Positions 49,387 through 60,238 of a stretch of DNA of 64,000 nucleotides are shown piece after piece. How positions within the stretch are numbered: position 1 is the first letter of the stretch; every line of letters starts with the position of its first letter. The translations under genes and the position numbers were made by a program. The stretch is from assembly GCA_038891095.1 (NCBI GenBank), contig JAWAEV010000003.1, positions 1 through 64,000 on the forward strand. The letters run 5' to 3'. The stretch is from Candidatus Altiarchaeota archaeon (GTDB lineage: Archaea > Altiarchaeota > Altiarchaeia > IMC4 > QMZM01). The notes under the pieces are model-generated. The model saw nothing but the letters and a program-made list of their open reading frames with translations. It did no database searches and had not been told where the DNA came from.

Positions 49387-50250
49387 ATGGAACTATCAAC
49401 GAGCAATATTTTAGGCGTTGTAAATACTGTTCTTATGTCCATATTGTTACTCTCATTTATTGTATATATCATCACTACTGAAAAAACTACTCCTGCCAAG
49501 ATAACTACCACAACTTCTGTTGAAACTTTTCTAAAGTTGTATCTTTGCCCGGATGGAGAAACTATTATATATGATAAATCAAAATGTCCTGAAACTGATA
49601 TAGAAATAGCTAACTGCGAGAAGCTTTTCGTCGGAGACTATTCTAATAGTAGAGATAGCTGCTTCTCGTACCTTGCTCAAATTAGAAATGATAGCTCATT
49701 ATGTAATAGAATTATATCACCATATACTAGGGAAGAATGTTTCTTCGATTTAGCTCAATACAATAATGACATTACTTTATGCAATAGAATAACAACAAGT
49801 TCTAAAAAGGGCGAATGTTTTGCTAATATAGCTGTTACATTAGATGAACTCAAAACTTGTAACCTAGCTGGAGCTGCACGAGACTATTGTTATAAATACT
49901 ATGCCTCTAAAACAATAAATCCCTCTGCTTGTGACTTTATGACATCATACTATGAGAGAGATAATTGTTATTCCTCTATGGTTTATTACTTAAAAAATAT
50001 TTCGCTTTGTGATAAGATAACTACAATTTCGAGTAGGGATTCTTGTTATTCAGACTATGCGACCTCTAACTACGATGTAAAAGGTTGTGATAAACTAACA
50101 AACAACTATATAAGAGATAATTGTTATCGAACTTTGGCAAGATATCTATCAAATCCAACAATTTGTGAGAAGATAAGCACAGAAGCAGGAATAAAAATCT
50201 GTAAAGAATACATTAGTATGCCAACTACTACTTATATGTACTACAGATAA
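49387..50250 (+). CDS. Membrane-anchored Cys-rich ~25-aa repeat protein
   Basis: N-terminal TM; about eight repeats of C..I.....RD.C...A.....C. Confidence 0.8.
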   Translation: MELSTSNILGVVNTVLMSILLLSFIVYIITTEKTTPAKITTTTSVETFLKLYLCPDGETIIYDKSKCPETDIEIANCEKLFVGDYSNSRDSCFSYLAQIRNDSSLCNRIISPYTREECFFDLAQYNNDITLCNRITTSSKKGECFANIAVTLDELKTCNLAGAARDYCYKYYASKTINPSACDFMTSYYERDNCYSSMVYYLKNISLCDKITTISSRDSCYSDYATSNYDVKGCDKLTNNYIRDNCYRTLARYLSNPTICEKISTEAGIKICKEYISMPTTTYMYYR

Positions 50251-50289
50251 TGGACTAATTTTTCTATATACTCTGCTAAGTGTGATCAA

Positions 50290-50664
50290 TTAATCATAAA
50301 ATTCAACTTCATCACCTTCTTTAATATCATTGCATACTTTTTTATTTCCTAACTCAAGAGCATATTTTGCTTTTTCTTTTGGTTTATAAACTTTCCAAGT
50401 TGAAATTTTAAATATAGAAGATGGTGATATAGCTCTCTTTATATTCACAATTTTTCTCTTAGAATTAATCCAAATTACATCAATAGGAAATCTCATAAAA
50501 AACATGTGTATTGCTGCAGTATTTATGCCCTCTCTTGGAAATTTTATCAAGATGTTTCTCTTTTCTGATGAGAACATTAAACCAAGAAATCTTGAGAAAA
50601 AATTATCTGCTAGTAGAGCGTCATCACATATAATCTTCTTAGCAGTTTTATCAAAAATTTTCAA
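50290..50664 (-). CDS. DUF192 family protein
   Basis: ADNFFSRFLGLMF, IHMFFMRFPIDVIW, AKYALEL. Confidence 0.88.
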   Translation of the reverse strand: MKIFDKTAKKIICDDALLADNFFSRFLGLMFSSEKRNILIKFPREGINTAAIHMFFMRFPIDVIWINSKRKIVNIKRAISPSSIFKISTWKVYKPKEKAKYALELGNKKVCNDIKEGDEVEFYD

Positions 50665-51420
50665 TTAAATTCTGAAAAATGCTTTAATTTTATCGATTAA
50701 ACTTTCCCTCTCTTTAATTGGTTCTCTGCCAAGAATTCTAGCAGCAATTTTTTTCAATTCATAGCTTATCCTATGGTTAGGATATTCTAAAACAATAGGA
50801 TTTTTCTTCTCAATTGATTTTCTAACTCTATGGTCCTCAGGAATTACTCCTAAAATTGGTAAATCAAAAAATGTTGAAAGATTGTCTTTTTTAATTTCAT
50901 CATCTCTTGTTACTCTGTTAAGAACTATTCCTAAAACATTCTTTGAAAATTTTTTCGCAACAGATTTTGTGCGTAGAGCATCTGAAATTGTGGGAAGCTC
51001 AGGATGCGTAACTATAATTAATTCATCACACATCTCCATTGCTTTTAATGTTTCTCTATCTAAACCTGTTGCAGCATCAATCAAAATTATATCTTTTCCT
51101 AAAGCCTCTAATTTATCTCTCAAATTTTTTGGTTCTGTCTCAAGAACTTCTTCAAATGATAGTGATGCAGGAACAATATCAACTCCTGATTTGTGCTTAT
51201 AAACTGCCTCTTTTATTGCTGCTCTATCCTTTATAACATCATGAATTGATGTTGGATATGAAATCAAACCATAATGTAAACCTAAATTTGCTCCTGTTAA
51301 ATTTGCATCAACAACAGCAACATCTAAACCTTCTTGAGCGAGTAAAACACCTAAATTTGAAACAAGAGTAGTTTTTCCTACACCTCCCTTACCTGAGAAA
51401 ACACCTATAATTCTTGCCAT
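50665..51420 (-). CDS. minD: MinD-family ATPase
   Basis: SGKGGVGKTT, VDANL..ANL, IDAA.GL, GIVLNR, IPED..VR. Confidence 0.9.
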   Translation of the reverse strand: MARIIGVFSGKGGVGKTTLVSNLGVLLAQEGLDVAVVDANLTGANLGLHYGLISYPTSIHDVIKDRAAIKEAVYKHKSGVDIVPASLSFEEVLETEPKNLRDKLEALGKDIILIDAATGLDRETLKAMEMCDELIIVTHPELPTISDALRTKSVAKKFSKNVLGIVLNRVTRDDEIKKDNLSTFFDLPILGVIPEDHRVRKSIEKKNPIVLEYPNHRISYELKKIAARILGREPIKERESLIDKIKAFFRI

Positions 51421-51461
51421 GTTAGTATATTAGAGTATTAATTTAAAAATCTTTCTCTTAG

Positions 51462-51620
51462 CTATGATGCACCCTTTGCTGTCTTCTTCTTGTGTTTTCT
51501 TCTTATTTTACCAACTTTACCGCATTTCCTACACTTTGTTGCATTTATTGGATTTCTAGCATTGCAATTCATGCAAACTCCTTTAAATAAGCGAACTTCA
51601 GCTTCAGGAAACCTTGCCAT
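51462..51620 (-). CDS. rpl40e: 50S ribosomal protein L40e, 52 aa (absent from ORF track)
   Basis: [34 protein letters not shown]. Confidence 0.93.
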   Translation of the reverse strand: MARFPEAEVRLFKGVCMNCNARNPINATKCRKCGKVGKIRRKHKKKTAKGAS

Positions 51621-51714
51621 TTTTACTTAGAATTTAATAATTGTATTGTAAGTTAAAATTTAAATTTAATACTAAATTAAAAAGTTTAATAACAAATAAC
51701 ATAATAACTATAAA

Positions 51715-51789
51715 AGCGGGGTAGAGCAGTCAGGAGTGCTCGTCGGGCTCATAACCCGAAGGTCCGTGGTTCAAATCCACGCCCCGCTA
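51715..51789 (+). tRNA. Initiator tRNA-Met(CAT)
   Basis: A1-U72 pair, AGCGGGG/CCCCGCT acceptor stem, TCGGG-CTCATAA-CCCGA with three G-C pairs. Confidence 0.95.
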
Positions 51790-52592
51790 TTTTGTAACAC
51801 AAAAAATCCAATTAGGAAACCAACTACTAAGCCAGTAGCAATAGGCGGTAAAGCAGGTAGTGCGACTTTTTCTCTTTTTAAAATATAAGAAAAAAGCGAT
51901 AATAAACCTATAAAACCACCAATTAAAGCAAATAGTGAATGTAATATAGAGAATTCATGCAATATTGAAACTACAAACATTGAAGGAATTGCTAAGTCAC
52001 CAGTACCAATACTCAAAAATCTTTCTCTCACTGGAATGGAAAACATTGGCACATTATCTTTTGCTTTTGTTGCAATAGCTACCATATGTTTTGTGAAAAA
52101 AACAGCGACAATATCATAAATTGAAAGTGATAAAAGTAAGAGAAGTGAAGGTATAAAATGTAGTGATGCTCCTAAATAACCACCAATTCCAGCAATTGTT
52201 AAAATTAGAATTCCATTTGAAATGATAAAATTTCTTCTTTTTAGAATGAATAGAGCATATAAGAATATTAAAATGTAAAACCAGATATCTGGAAAAAAAC
52301 TCCAGAGAGTTATTGACATTCCAGTAAAAACTGCTAATAACATAAGAAATTTTATAAAACTCCCAAGTTTGAATTTTATTAAAAGTAGTATCACAAATGT
52401 TATGAGAATTATATAAAGAAAAATTTCCCCAGATGTCTCAGCCTTTTCTGGATCTTGAACAGCAGGAGGAATCTCTCCTGAAGAAATTTTTGGCATTAGT
52501 GCTAACCCAATATTTAGTGCAATTCCATGAACAAGAAAATACATCAGTGTAAGAAAAATTAAAGATTTAAGAATCTCTTTCAATTTTATCAT
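51771..52592 (-). CDS. Presenilin/SPP-family intramembrane aspartyl protease
   Basis: SIYDIVAV, IGTGDL, LPALP; multi-TM. Confidence 0.9.
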   Translation of the reverse strand: MIKLKEILKSLIFLTLMYFLVHGIALNIGLALMPKISSGEIPPAVQDPEKAETSGEIFLYIILITFVILLLIKFKLGSFIKFLMLLAVFTGMSITLWSFFPDIWFYILIFLYALFILKRRNFIISNGILILTIAGIGGYLGASLHFIPSLLLLLSLSIYDIVAVFFTKHMVAIATKAKDNVPMFSIPVRERFLSIGTGDLAIPSMFVVSILHEFSILHSLFALIGGFIGLLSLFSYILKREKVALPALPPIATGLVVGFLIGFFVLQNSGAWI

Positions 52593-54619
52593 CCCTCAGT
52601 AAACATAAATTTACCTTGTTTTGGTTCAAATATAACCCCCTTTCTTTTAAGCTCTTCAATAAGTCTTTCAGCAGTGAATTTATCTATACCCTTTGCAGAG
52701 GCTTCATTTAGAATATCATCATAAGATGCCGTTTTATCGACGCTTTCATCAATTAAAGATTGAATTATTTCTTCTATACTCCTAACTTTTTCTCTCATTG
52801 CTTGTGGGTGCTCGGTTGCAATTCTATCAATATCTATTCTTCCAGTTTCATCAGTTGCAACTTCTCTCAAGACAAACTCCGTTAGTTTTATTGCCCTTTC
52901 TGCATCACTAATTGTAACAATATCAGAAAGTCTTACTTTTGCTGATGCCTCAGCAAGCCGTATTAGAGCTTCTAACTGTCTTGGAGTTGAACTTACCGTT
53001 TCTTTGCTTCTTGACCTTAACTCAACATAATAGCTTCCAAGTTTTTCTGCTGCCTCATCAGTAAGAACAGGAAAGATATTTTTTCTAGCATATGCAATAT
53101 ATTTCCTAAATAATTCAGGCTCAATTGCTGGTTGAATTCCTTCCATATCCTCTTTTTTTCCTTTATGCATTTTGAGTATATGCTCTGCAATTTTTTTGTC
53201 CATCTCTTTATCAAGAATATCTCTTATAGGGAAAATTAGATCAAACCTAGAAACTAATGTTGCTGGGATATCAAACTGCTCATGTAATGGCTTAAATGGA
53301 TCAAATCTCGAAAATTTTGGATTAGATGCTGCTAAAACAGAAGTATTTGCTTTAAATCTTGCAACAATTCCAGCTTTTGCTATTGATATTGTTTGCTGTT
53401 CTAAAGCTTCATGCATCGCAGCTCTATCTTCTTTCTCCATTTTATCAAATTCATCAATTGCTGCAATTCCACCACTAGCAAGAACTAATGCACCAGCTTT
53501 TAATGTCCATGCACCTTCTGCAAATTCATCTTTTTCTGCTGTTGCAGTGAGTCCTGCACCAGTAGTGCCTTTTCCTGTAACATAAATACTTTTTGGAGCA
53601 ATTTCATTTACATATTGTAAAATTCTTGATTTTGCAACGCCTGGATCTCCAATCAGAAGTATGTGGATGTCTGGCCTAACTGATGTTTGATCAGGCAATT
53701 TTTTACCTGGTCTGCCACCAAAAAGTTGTAGTGCTATTGCTTCCTTTATTTCACGATAGCCATAAATTGAAGGAGCAATTGAGTCAATAATCTTATCATG
53801 AATTTTAGGATCTTTTGATAATTTTTTTATTTCTTTCTCTTCTTCTTCAGAAATTTCAATCTCTTCAAATTCCATTCTAATGGCTTCTATCCAATTGGCT
53901 TCTATAAATTTTTGATAAACTGCTCCTCTCCTTTGTGGTGGCCTCAAGCGAACTATTCCATTTATGATCACATTATCACCTGGCTTAACTAAATCAACAA
54001 TATCATCTTCAAGCCATATCTCAATTCTCCTTGCTTCTTCACCACCTCTTAAAAGTTCTAACGGCTCTTGAATCTCTAGTCTTTGAACATCAGTCCACTC
54101 AGAATTATCAGGATCAAACCTAAAATCACGCTTTCTGCAATTTTTACATTGTAATGGTTCAGAAAGCCATCTTGTTGTTTGAATCTCATAATGCTCTTGT
54201 TTACATCTATTGCAAATAAATTTTGCTCTATAAACCTTCGGTAAAACATCACTGCTTTTATTGACAACACCTTCAACAGCAATAAATTTGTTTACATATT
54301 CAGATGTTATATCCCTTACCATGATGGTATAACCCTTTTCTTTTGGTAAGTTTTTAAATCTTACATGAAATCTTGGATTTTCAACTAAGGTTTTTATATC
54401 TTTCTCAGAAAAATATTTTTCAAAGAGAGAAATTATCTCATCAGGATTTTTTATAAGTTCATCAGAAAGCTCTGGACTAAAGCTCTCTAACTCTTCATAA
54501 TCGATAATTAATGATTTTTTTTCTGGATAAAGCTCAGCTAATTTATTTATTTCTTTTGATTTTTTCTTCAAAAATTTTTCTATTAACTCTGAAAAGTTTT
54601 CATTAGCGTTTTCTTCCAT
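52589..54619 (-). CDS. mcm: Replicative helicase MCM
   Basis: Zn finger, GDPGVAKS, AGLTA, IDEFDKM, HEALEQQTISIAKAG, SRFDLIF; no intein. Confidence 0.97.
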   Translation of the reverse strand: MEENANENFSELIEKFLKKKSKEINKLAELYPEKKSLIIDYEELESFSPELSDELIKNPDEIISLFEKYFSEKDIKTLVENPRFHVRFKNLPKEKGYTIMVRDITSEYVNKFIAVEGVVNKSSDVLPKVYRAKFICNRCKQEHYEIQTTRWLSEPLQCKNCRKRDFRFDPDNSEWTDVQRLEIQEPLELLRGGEEARRIEIWLEDDIVDLVKPGDNVIINGIVRLRPPQRRGAVYQKFIEANWIEAIRMEFEEIEISEEEEKEIKKLSKDPKIHDKIIDSIAPSIYGYREIKEAIALQLFGGRPGKKLPDQTSVRPDIHILLIGDPGVAKSRILQYVNEIAPKSIYVTGKGTTGAGLTATAEKDEFAEGAWTLKAGALVLASGGIAAIDEFDKMEKEDRAAMHEALEQQTISIAKAGIVARFKANTSVLAASNPKFSRFDPFKPLHEQFDIPATLVSRFDLIFPIRDILDKEMDKKIAEHILKMHKGKKEDMEGIQPAIEPELFRKYIAYARKNIFPVLTDEAAEKLGSYYVELRSRSKETVSSTPRQLEALIRLAEASAKVRLSDIVTISDAERAIKLTEFVLREVATDETGRIDIDRIATEHPQAMREKVRSIEEIIQSLIDESVDKTASYDDILNEASAKGIDKFTAERLIEELKRKGVIFEPKQGKFMFTEG

Positions 54620-54683
54620 CTTAAAAATTTAGAGGGTTAATATCTTAGAAAAAAAATTTAAAAGGTGATAAGTTTAATTATGT

Positions 54684-54697
54684 TAGACAATTGTCTA
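54684..54697. promoter_or_regulatory. Perfect 14-bp palindrome, candidate operator
   Basis: TAGACAATTGTCTA between divergent mcm and the HTH regulator. Confidence 0.55.
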
Positions 54698-54755
54698 TTT
54701 AAATTAGGATAATTTAAATATACAATAAGAGAAATAAAAAGAAAGATAAATAAAA

Positions 54756-55454
54756 ATGAGTAAAGAACTCTTAGCTAGGTCAATAGCTAGCGAGATTGTA
54801 CTTTCTAAAAATCCTGGGAATGTTATGAGAAAGTGGAGAGAAATTCTTGGAATAAAACAAAATCAGATAGCTGCACATCTTGGAATTTCAGCATCTGTAA
54901 TTTCAGATTATGAAGCAAATAGAAGGTCTCCTGGTGTGGTATTTGTAAAAAAATTTATCGATGCCCTCATATCCTTGGAAAATAAAAACAGAGTTGAGAT
55001 GTCCTTTTTTGAAAAATTTTTTTCTGGTAAAGAGCATGCAATTCTCAGCATTAGAGAATTTCTTGTTCCAATGAAAATTTCAAAGTTTGTAAAAATTGTC
55101 AAAGGTAAAGTTCTCTCAAATAATAAATTAATTGAGAAGAAGATTTATGGTTATACAGCAATTGATTCAATAAGGGCAATTCTTGAGTTAAATGAGGATG
55201 AATTCTCAAAAATTTATGGTTTAAATACAGAAAGAGCATTGATATTCACAAAGGTAAAAACAGGTAGATCACCAATGATTGCAATTAAAGTAACTCCTCT
55301 GAAGCCAAGTGTTGTTATCTTGCATGGATTGTCTTGGAGAGAGGTTGATAAATTAGCAATAAAAATTTCAGAAGTTGAAAAAATTCCATTAGTTGTTTCA
55401 ACGGAAAAAGATGAAGAATCATTAATAAAAAACATTAATATGATAGAAAATTAA
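54756..55454 (+). CDS. XRE-type HTH transcriptional regulator (COG1709-like)
   Basis: [47 protein letters not shown]. Confidence 0.88.
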   Translation: MSKELLARSIASEIVLSKNPGNVMRKWREILGIKQNQIAAHLGISASVISDYEANRRSPGVVFVKKFIDALISLENKNRVEMSFFEKFFSGKEHAILSIREFLVPMKISKFVKIVKGKVLSNNKLIEKKIYGYTAIDSIRAILELNEDEFSKIYGLNTERALIFTKVKTGRSPMIAIKVTPLKPSVVILHGLSWREVDKLAIKISEVEKIPLVVSTEKDEESLIKNINMIEN

Positions 55455-55455
55455 A

Positions 55456-56502
55456 ATGAATTCTGGCATAGTTGGTTATGGTTGTTACATACCAAAATAT
55501 AGAATAAAGGTTGAGGAGATTGCAAGAGTATGGAATGATAATAGTGAAAAAATTAAAGAATCATTAGAAATTTATGAAAAGTCTGTTCCTGCTATTGATG
55601 AAGATTCAGTGACTATCTCAGTTGAAGCAGCAAGAAATGCTGTTAATCACGCAAAGATAAATCCAAAGGAAATTGGTGCAATTTATTGTGGCTCAGAATC
55701 AAAGCCATATGCAGTAAAACCAACTGCTACAATTGTTGCTGAAGCCATAGAGGCAACTCCAAATTTAACTGCTGCAGATTTTGAGTTTGCATGCAAAGCT
55801 GGAACAGCAGCAATTCAAGCTTGCTTAGGTTTAGTTGAAAGTAAAATTATAAAATATGGTTTGGCAATTGGTGCTGACACCTCCCAAGGCAGACCAGGAG
55901 ATGCTTTAGAGTATACAGCATCAGCAGGAGGAGCAGCATTTATCATAGGTAAGGAAAATTTAATCGCTAAAATTTTAGATACTTTTTCATATACAACAGA
56001 TACATTAGATTTTTGGCGGAGAGAAGGTCAGGAGTTCCCATCTCATGGAGCAAGATTCACTGGAACACCAGCATATTTTAAGCATGTAATATCTGCATCA
56101 AAACATATAATAGAGAAAAACAGAATGAAACCACAAGATTTCAAATATGTTGTTTTTCATCAACCAAATGGTGCTTTTCCGATGAAAGCTGCAAAAATTC
56201 TTGGTTTTAAGGAAGAGCAACTTAAAACAGGTTTACTAACTCCTCTTATAGGTAACACATATTCCGGCTCTAGTTTACTTGGTTTATGTGCAGTTTTAGA
56301 TGAAGCAATTGAAGATGATCTAATTTTGATGACTTCATATGGTTCAGGTGCTGGCTCTGACTCATTTATCATAAAAGTTCTAAAAGAGAATGAGAGAAGG
56401 AGAAATAAAAAAACAGTAAAATATTATATCCAAAATAAAGAATATCTTGATTATGCTTTATATGCAAAATTTAAAAAGAAAATTAAGAGTTTAGAAAAAT
56501 GA
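55456..56502 (+). CDS. Hydroxymethylglutaryl-CoA synthase
   Basis: [42 protein letters not shown]. Confidence 0.95.
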   Translation: MNSGIVGYGCYIPKYRIKVEEIARVWNDNSEKIKESLEIYEKSVPAIDEDSVTISVEAARNAVNHAKINPKEIGAIYCGSESKPYAVKPTATIVAEAIEATPNLTAADFEFACKAGTAAIQACLGLVESKIIKYGLAIGADTSQGRPGDALEYTASAGGAAFIIGKENLIAKILDTFSYTTDTLDFWRREGQEFPSHGARFTGTPAYFKHVISASKHIIEKNRMKPQDFKYVVFHQPNGAFPMKAAKILGFKEEQLKTGLLTPLIGNTYSGSSLLGLCAVLDEAIEDDLILMTSYGSGAGSDSFIIKVLKENERRRNKKTVKYYIQNKEYLDYALYAKFKKKIKSLEK

Positions 56503-57653
56503 AAGTTGCTATTGTTGGTGCAGGTATGACAAAATTTGGGGAGTTGTGGGAGTACTCATGTAGAGATCTTATCACATTAGCAGGAATAGAGGCAATTCAG
56601 AGTGCAGGAATTGAAGGAAAAGATATACAAGAAATTTATGGTGGTTCTATGAGCCCAGGCTTATTTGCTGGTCAAGAGCATATATCAGCAATGTTTGCAG
56701 ATTATGCTGGTTTAAAGGGAATACCATCAACAAGAGTCGAGGCAGCTTGCGCATCTGGGGGTTTAGCTCTAAGGCAAGCATATCTTTCAATAAAGTCAGG
56801 TAGAAATGACTTGGTTATTGCAGGCGGTGTTGAAAAAATGACAGATGTACCAACACAATCGGCAGTTGTTACTCTCATGGGCGCAGGTGATGAAGAATGG
56901 GAATCCTTTCAAGGATTAACTTTCCCTGGTTTATATGCTCTAATGGCAAGACGCCATATGTTTGAATATGGCACAACAATTGAACAAATGTCTTTAGTTT
57001 CAGTAAAAAATCACTACAATGCGAGTTTGAATGAAAAAGCACAATTTAACTTTAAAGTTACTTTAGATGATGTTATGAATTCACCAATGGTTGCTGATCC
57101 TTTAAGGCTTTTACATTGCTCACCAATAACTGATGGTGCTGCTGCAGTTGTTTTAGCAAGTGAAAAAAAAGCAAGAGAAATAACTGATACGCCTATATGG
57201 ATTCTTGGGAGTGGACTTGCAACTGACACAATTGCATTACATGACAGAGAAAGCCTTTCTCAGTTAAGATCAGCAAAATTAGCAGCAGAAGTTGCTTATA
57301 AAAATGCTGGAATAAAAGCAAAAGATGTTAGTTTTGCTGAAGTTCATGATTGTTTTGCAATTGCTGAAATTTTAGCTATTGAAGCTTTAGGATTTTGCAA
57401 ATTTGGAGAAGGTGGAAAATTAACTGAAGCTGGAGAGACAGCATTAAATGGTTCTATACCAATAAATCCAAGTGGTGGTTTGAAAGCTAAGGGGCATCCT
57501 GTTGGTGCTACAGGCATAGCACAAGCAGTTGAGTGTTTCCTCCAGCTTACAGGAAAGGCAGGAAAACGCCAAATAAAAGATGCAGAAATAGCTCTTGCAC
57601 AGAATGTTGGCGGGTCAGGAGCAACATGCGTTGTGCATATATTTAGTAAGTGA
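56499..57653 (+). CDS. Acetoacetyl-CoA thiolase
   Basis: [41 protein letters not shown]. Confidence 0.95.
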   Translation: MKVAIVGAGMTKFGELWEYSCRDLITLAGIEAIQSAGIEGKDIQEIYGGSMSPGLFAGQEHISAMFADYAGLKGIPSTRVEAACASGGLALRQAYLSIKSGRNDLVIAGGVEKMTDVPTQSAVVTLMGAGDEEWESFQGLTFPGLYALMARRHMFEYGTTIEQMSLVSVKNHYNASLNEKAQFNFKVTLDDVMNSPMVADPLRLLHCSPITDGAAAVVLASEKKAREITDTPIWILGSGLATDTIALHDRESLSQLRSAKLAAEVAYKNAGIKAKDVSFAEVHDCFAIAEILAIEALGFCKFGEGGKLTEAGETALNGSIPINPSGGLKAKGHPVGATGIAQAVECFLQLTGKAGKRQIKDAEIALAQNVGGSGATCVVHIFSK

Positions 57654-57656
57654 AAA

Positions 57657-58055
57657 ATGGTTAAAGGATTACCATCATATTGGAGGTTAATTCCCCATAG
57701 ATATAATTTAATTGGCACAGAATGCGAAAATTGTAAGGAGAAATTTTTTCCTCCAAGAAAGTTATGTCCTAATTGCAGAAGGTTAGGAAAGATTAAGGAA
57801 TTTAAATTTTCAGGTGAGGGGAAAATTTATTCCTATACTATAATTCACTCTCCTCCTGAAGGTTTTGAGTATCTTAAACCATATGTTGTTGCTATTATAA
57901 AACTTAATGAAGGACCAATGATAACCTCCCAAGTAGTTGATTGTAAGCCAGAAGATGTTGCTATAGGCAAAAAAGTGGAAATGGTTTTTCGTAGGATTTC
58001 AGCTGCTGGTAAAGAAGGGAGTATAAGATATGGATATAAATTTAAGTTATGCTAA
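57657..58055 (+). CDS. DUF35 Zn-ribbon/OB-fold scaffold of thiolase-HMGCS complex
   Basis: CENC..FFPPR..CPNC, G.IYSYT, YGYKF. Confidence 0.93.
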   Translation: MVKGLPSYWRLIPHRYNLIGTECENCKEKFFPPRKLCPNCRRLGKIKEFKFSGEGKIYSYTIIHSPPEGFEYLKPYVVAIIKLNEGPMITSQVVDCKPEDVAIGKKVEMVFRRISAAGKEGSIRYGYKFKLC

Positions 58056-58088
58056 AAGAATGCAATGAACAATTTAACTGAGATATTG

Positions 58089-59246
58089 CTATAAGCCTGC
58101 TGCTTTTCTTAGTTCATCAACCATATCTAATTTTTCCCAAGTAAATTCTGGTTCATCTCTACCAAAGTGTCCATAGCATGCGGTTTTTCTATATATTGGC
58201 CTTCTTAGCTTTAATTTTTCAATTATTCCATTTGGTGTGAAGTCAAAATTTTTCTTTACAATCTCCAAAATTTTTTCTTCCTGAATTTTTGAAGTTTTGA
58301 AAGTATCTATAAAAATTGAAATAGGTTCAGGAACGCCAATAACATAAGCAACTTGTAATAAACATTTTTCTGCAAGACCTGCTGCGACAATATTCTTTGC
58401 AACATACCTTGCCATATAAGCTGCTGAGCGATCAACTTTTGTTGGGTCTTTTCCTGAAAATGCACCACCACCATGAGGAACAGTTCCACCATAGGTATCA
58501 ACAATTACTTTTCTACCAGTCATTCCAGTATCAGATTGTGGGCCACCTATCACAAATTTTCCAGTTTCATTTACAAAAAATTTTGTTTTTTTATCAATAA
58601 ACTCAGAAAGCACAGGCTTTGCAATAACTTCTATAATCTCCTCTCTTGCTTTCTTACTAAGCATATCTGTTTTTTTATCGACAACTTCTTCAGTATGCTG
58701 GCATGCCAAAACAACATTTTCTACTCGTATGTTATTAGCATCATTATACTCAATAGTAACTTGAGATTTACCATCTGGACCGATATAGCTAAGTATATTT
58801 TTCTTTCTTACCTCTGCCATCCTTTTTGTTAATTTATGAGCAAGAACTATTGGTAATGGCATTAATTCTTTTGTTTCATTGCATGCATAACCAATCATCA
58901 TCCCTTGATCACCTGCTCCGCCTTTATCAACACCTTTTGCTATGTCTGGAGATTGAGTATGAATTGCATTGAGTATAGCACATGTTTTGTAGTCAAAACC
59001 ATATTTTTGATCATCATAACCAATATCCTTTAATAAATTTCTACATATCTTATGTATGTCTGCATATGCATTTGTTGTGATTTCACCACCAATTATCACA
59101 AGACCCATTGTTATATATGTTTCACAAGCAACTCTCCCATATGGATCTTGTCTTAAAATTTCATCTAAAACAGCATCTGAAATCTGGTCGCAAACTTTAT
59201 CAGGATGTCCTTCAGCAACACTTTCTGATGTGATATATCTCTTCAT
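58089..59246 (-). CDS. metK: S-adenosylmethionine synthetase, bacterial/eukaryotic type
   Basis: [47 protein letters not shown]. Confidence 0.95.
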   Translation of the reverse strand: MKRYITSESVAEGHPDKVCDQISDAVLDEILRQDPYGRVACETYITMGLVIIGGEITTNAYADIHKICRNLLKDIGYDDQKYGFDYKTCAILNAIHTQSPDIAKGVDKGGAGDQGMMIGYACNETKELMPLPIVLAHKLTKRMAEVRKKNILSYIGPDGKSQVTIEYNDANNIRVENVVLACQHTEEVVDKKTDMLSKKAREEIIEVIAKPVLSEFIDKKTKFFVNETGKFVIGGPQSDTGMTGRKVIVDTYGGTVPHGGGAFSGKDPTKVDRSAAYMARYVAKNIVAAGLAEKCLLQVAYVIGVPEPISIFIDTFKTSKIQEEKILEIVKKNFDFTPNGIIEKLKLRRPIYRKTACYGHFGRDEPEFTWEKLDMVDELRKAAGL

Positions 59247-59260
59247 TTTAATTTTCTAAA

Positions 59261-60193
59261 TTAATCGGTTATTCCATTGCTTGTTACCTGAAAAACACAT
59301 TCACCTTCAGGCATTGATGGTGAGTCTATAAGCCTAGCAATTCTTTTATCACCTTTACTTTTTCTTAAATAAATTCTATATGTTGCAGTATGCCCAACAA
59401 CATGTCCTCCAATAGGTTCAGTAGGATCACCAAAGAGAATATCAGGTCTTGCCATCACTTGATTTGTTACAACAACTGCTATATTATATGGATCAGCTAA
59501 TTTTCTGAGAAGTAAATGTAGTAGTCTGTTCAACTTTTGTTGTCTATCAGCCAATGTTCCTCTGCCAACATATTCTGCTCTAAAGTGAGCAGTTAATGAA
59601 TCCATAACAACAAGTTTTGTGTTATATTCCTTTGCTACTTCAGCAGCCTTTTCAACAAGCAAAAATTGATGGTCAGAATTATATGCTCTTGCAATATGCA
59701 CATTTTTTAGAACCTCTTTTGGATCTAAGCCAAGATAATTTGCCATGCTCTCTATCCTCTCAGGTCTAAATGTATTCTCAGTATCAATAAAAATTGCACT
59801 TCCTTCTAGGCCACCTCTTTTTTTTGGCAACTGAACATTTACAGAAAGCTGTAGTGCTAATTGTGTTTTTCCAGAGCCATACCTACCAAAAAGTTCTGTT
59901 ATCGCTTGAGTTTCAATTCCCCCGCCAATTAAATTATCTAATTCTTTGCTACCTGTGGTTATCTTTCCCACCTCTTTTCTTCTTTCTAAGTACTCTAAGC
60001 CAGTTTCAAAGCGCATCTTCTTAACAATTTTTGTTGCAGATTCAATAATTTTTTTTGCATTTGATTCTGAAAGCCCTATATCCTTTAAACTGCCGATTGA
60101 AGCTGCTGCTACTGATTCAACTGTTTCAAAGCCAGCTTCCCTTAGTTTTTCAGCGACTGCTTTTCCAACACCATCAAGCTCTTCTAATTCCAT
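59261..60193 (-). CDS. radA: DNA repair recombinase RadA
   Basis: HhH N-domain, [34 protein letters not shown]; no intein. Confidence 0.97.
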   Translation of the reverse strand: MELEELDGVGKAVAEKLREAGFETVESVAAASIGSLKDIGLSESNAKKIIESATKIVKKMRFETGLEYLERRKEVGKITTGSKELDNLIGGGIETQAITELFGRYGSGKTQLALQLSVNVQLPKKRGGLEGSAIFIDTENTFRPERIESMANYLGLDPKEVLKNVHIARAYNSDHQFLLVEKAAEVAKEYNTKLVVMDSLTAHFRAEYVGRGTLADRQQKLNRLLHLLLRKLADPYNIAVVVTNQVMARPDILFGDPTEPIGGHVVGHTATYRIYLRKSKGDKRIARLIDSPSMPEGECVFQVTSNGITD

Positions 60194-60238
60194 TTTTGCT
60201 TATATATTGGATAGAGAAATAAAAAGCAATAAAAACCG

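Noticed and set aside
43221-51789. Integrated element between the two tRNA genes
   Set aside because: The interval contains srp54, minD and rpl40e. No integrase or duplicated tRNA 3' end was seen.
53562-53570. Partial match GTAGTGCCT inside mcm
   Set aside because: Only 9 bp, and dictated by conserved KGTT codons.
55456-58055. HMGCS-thiolase-DUF35 cluster as novel
   Set aside because: A well-described conserved archaeal complex.
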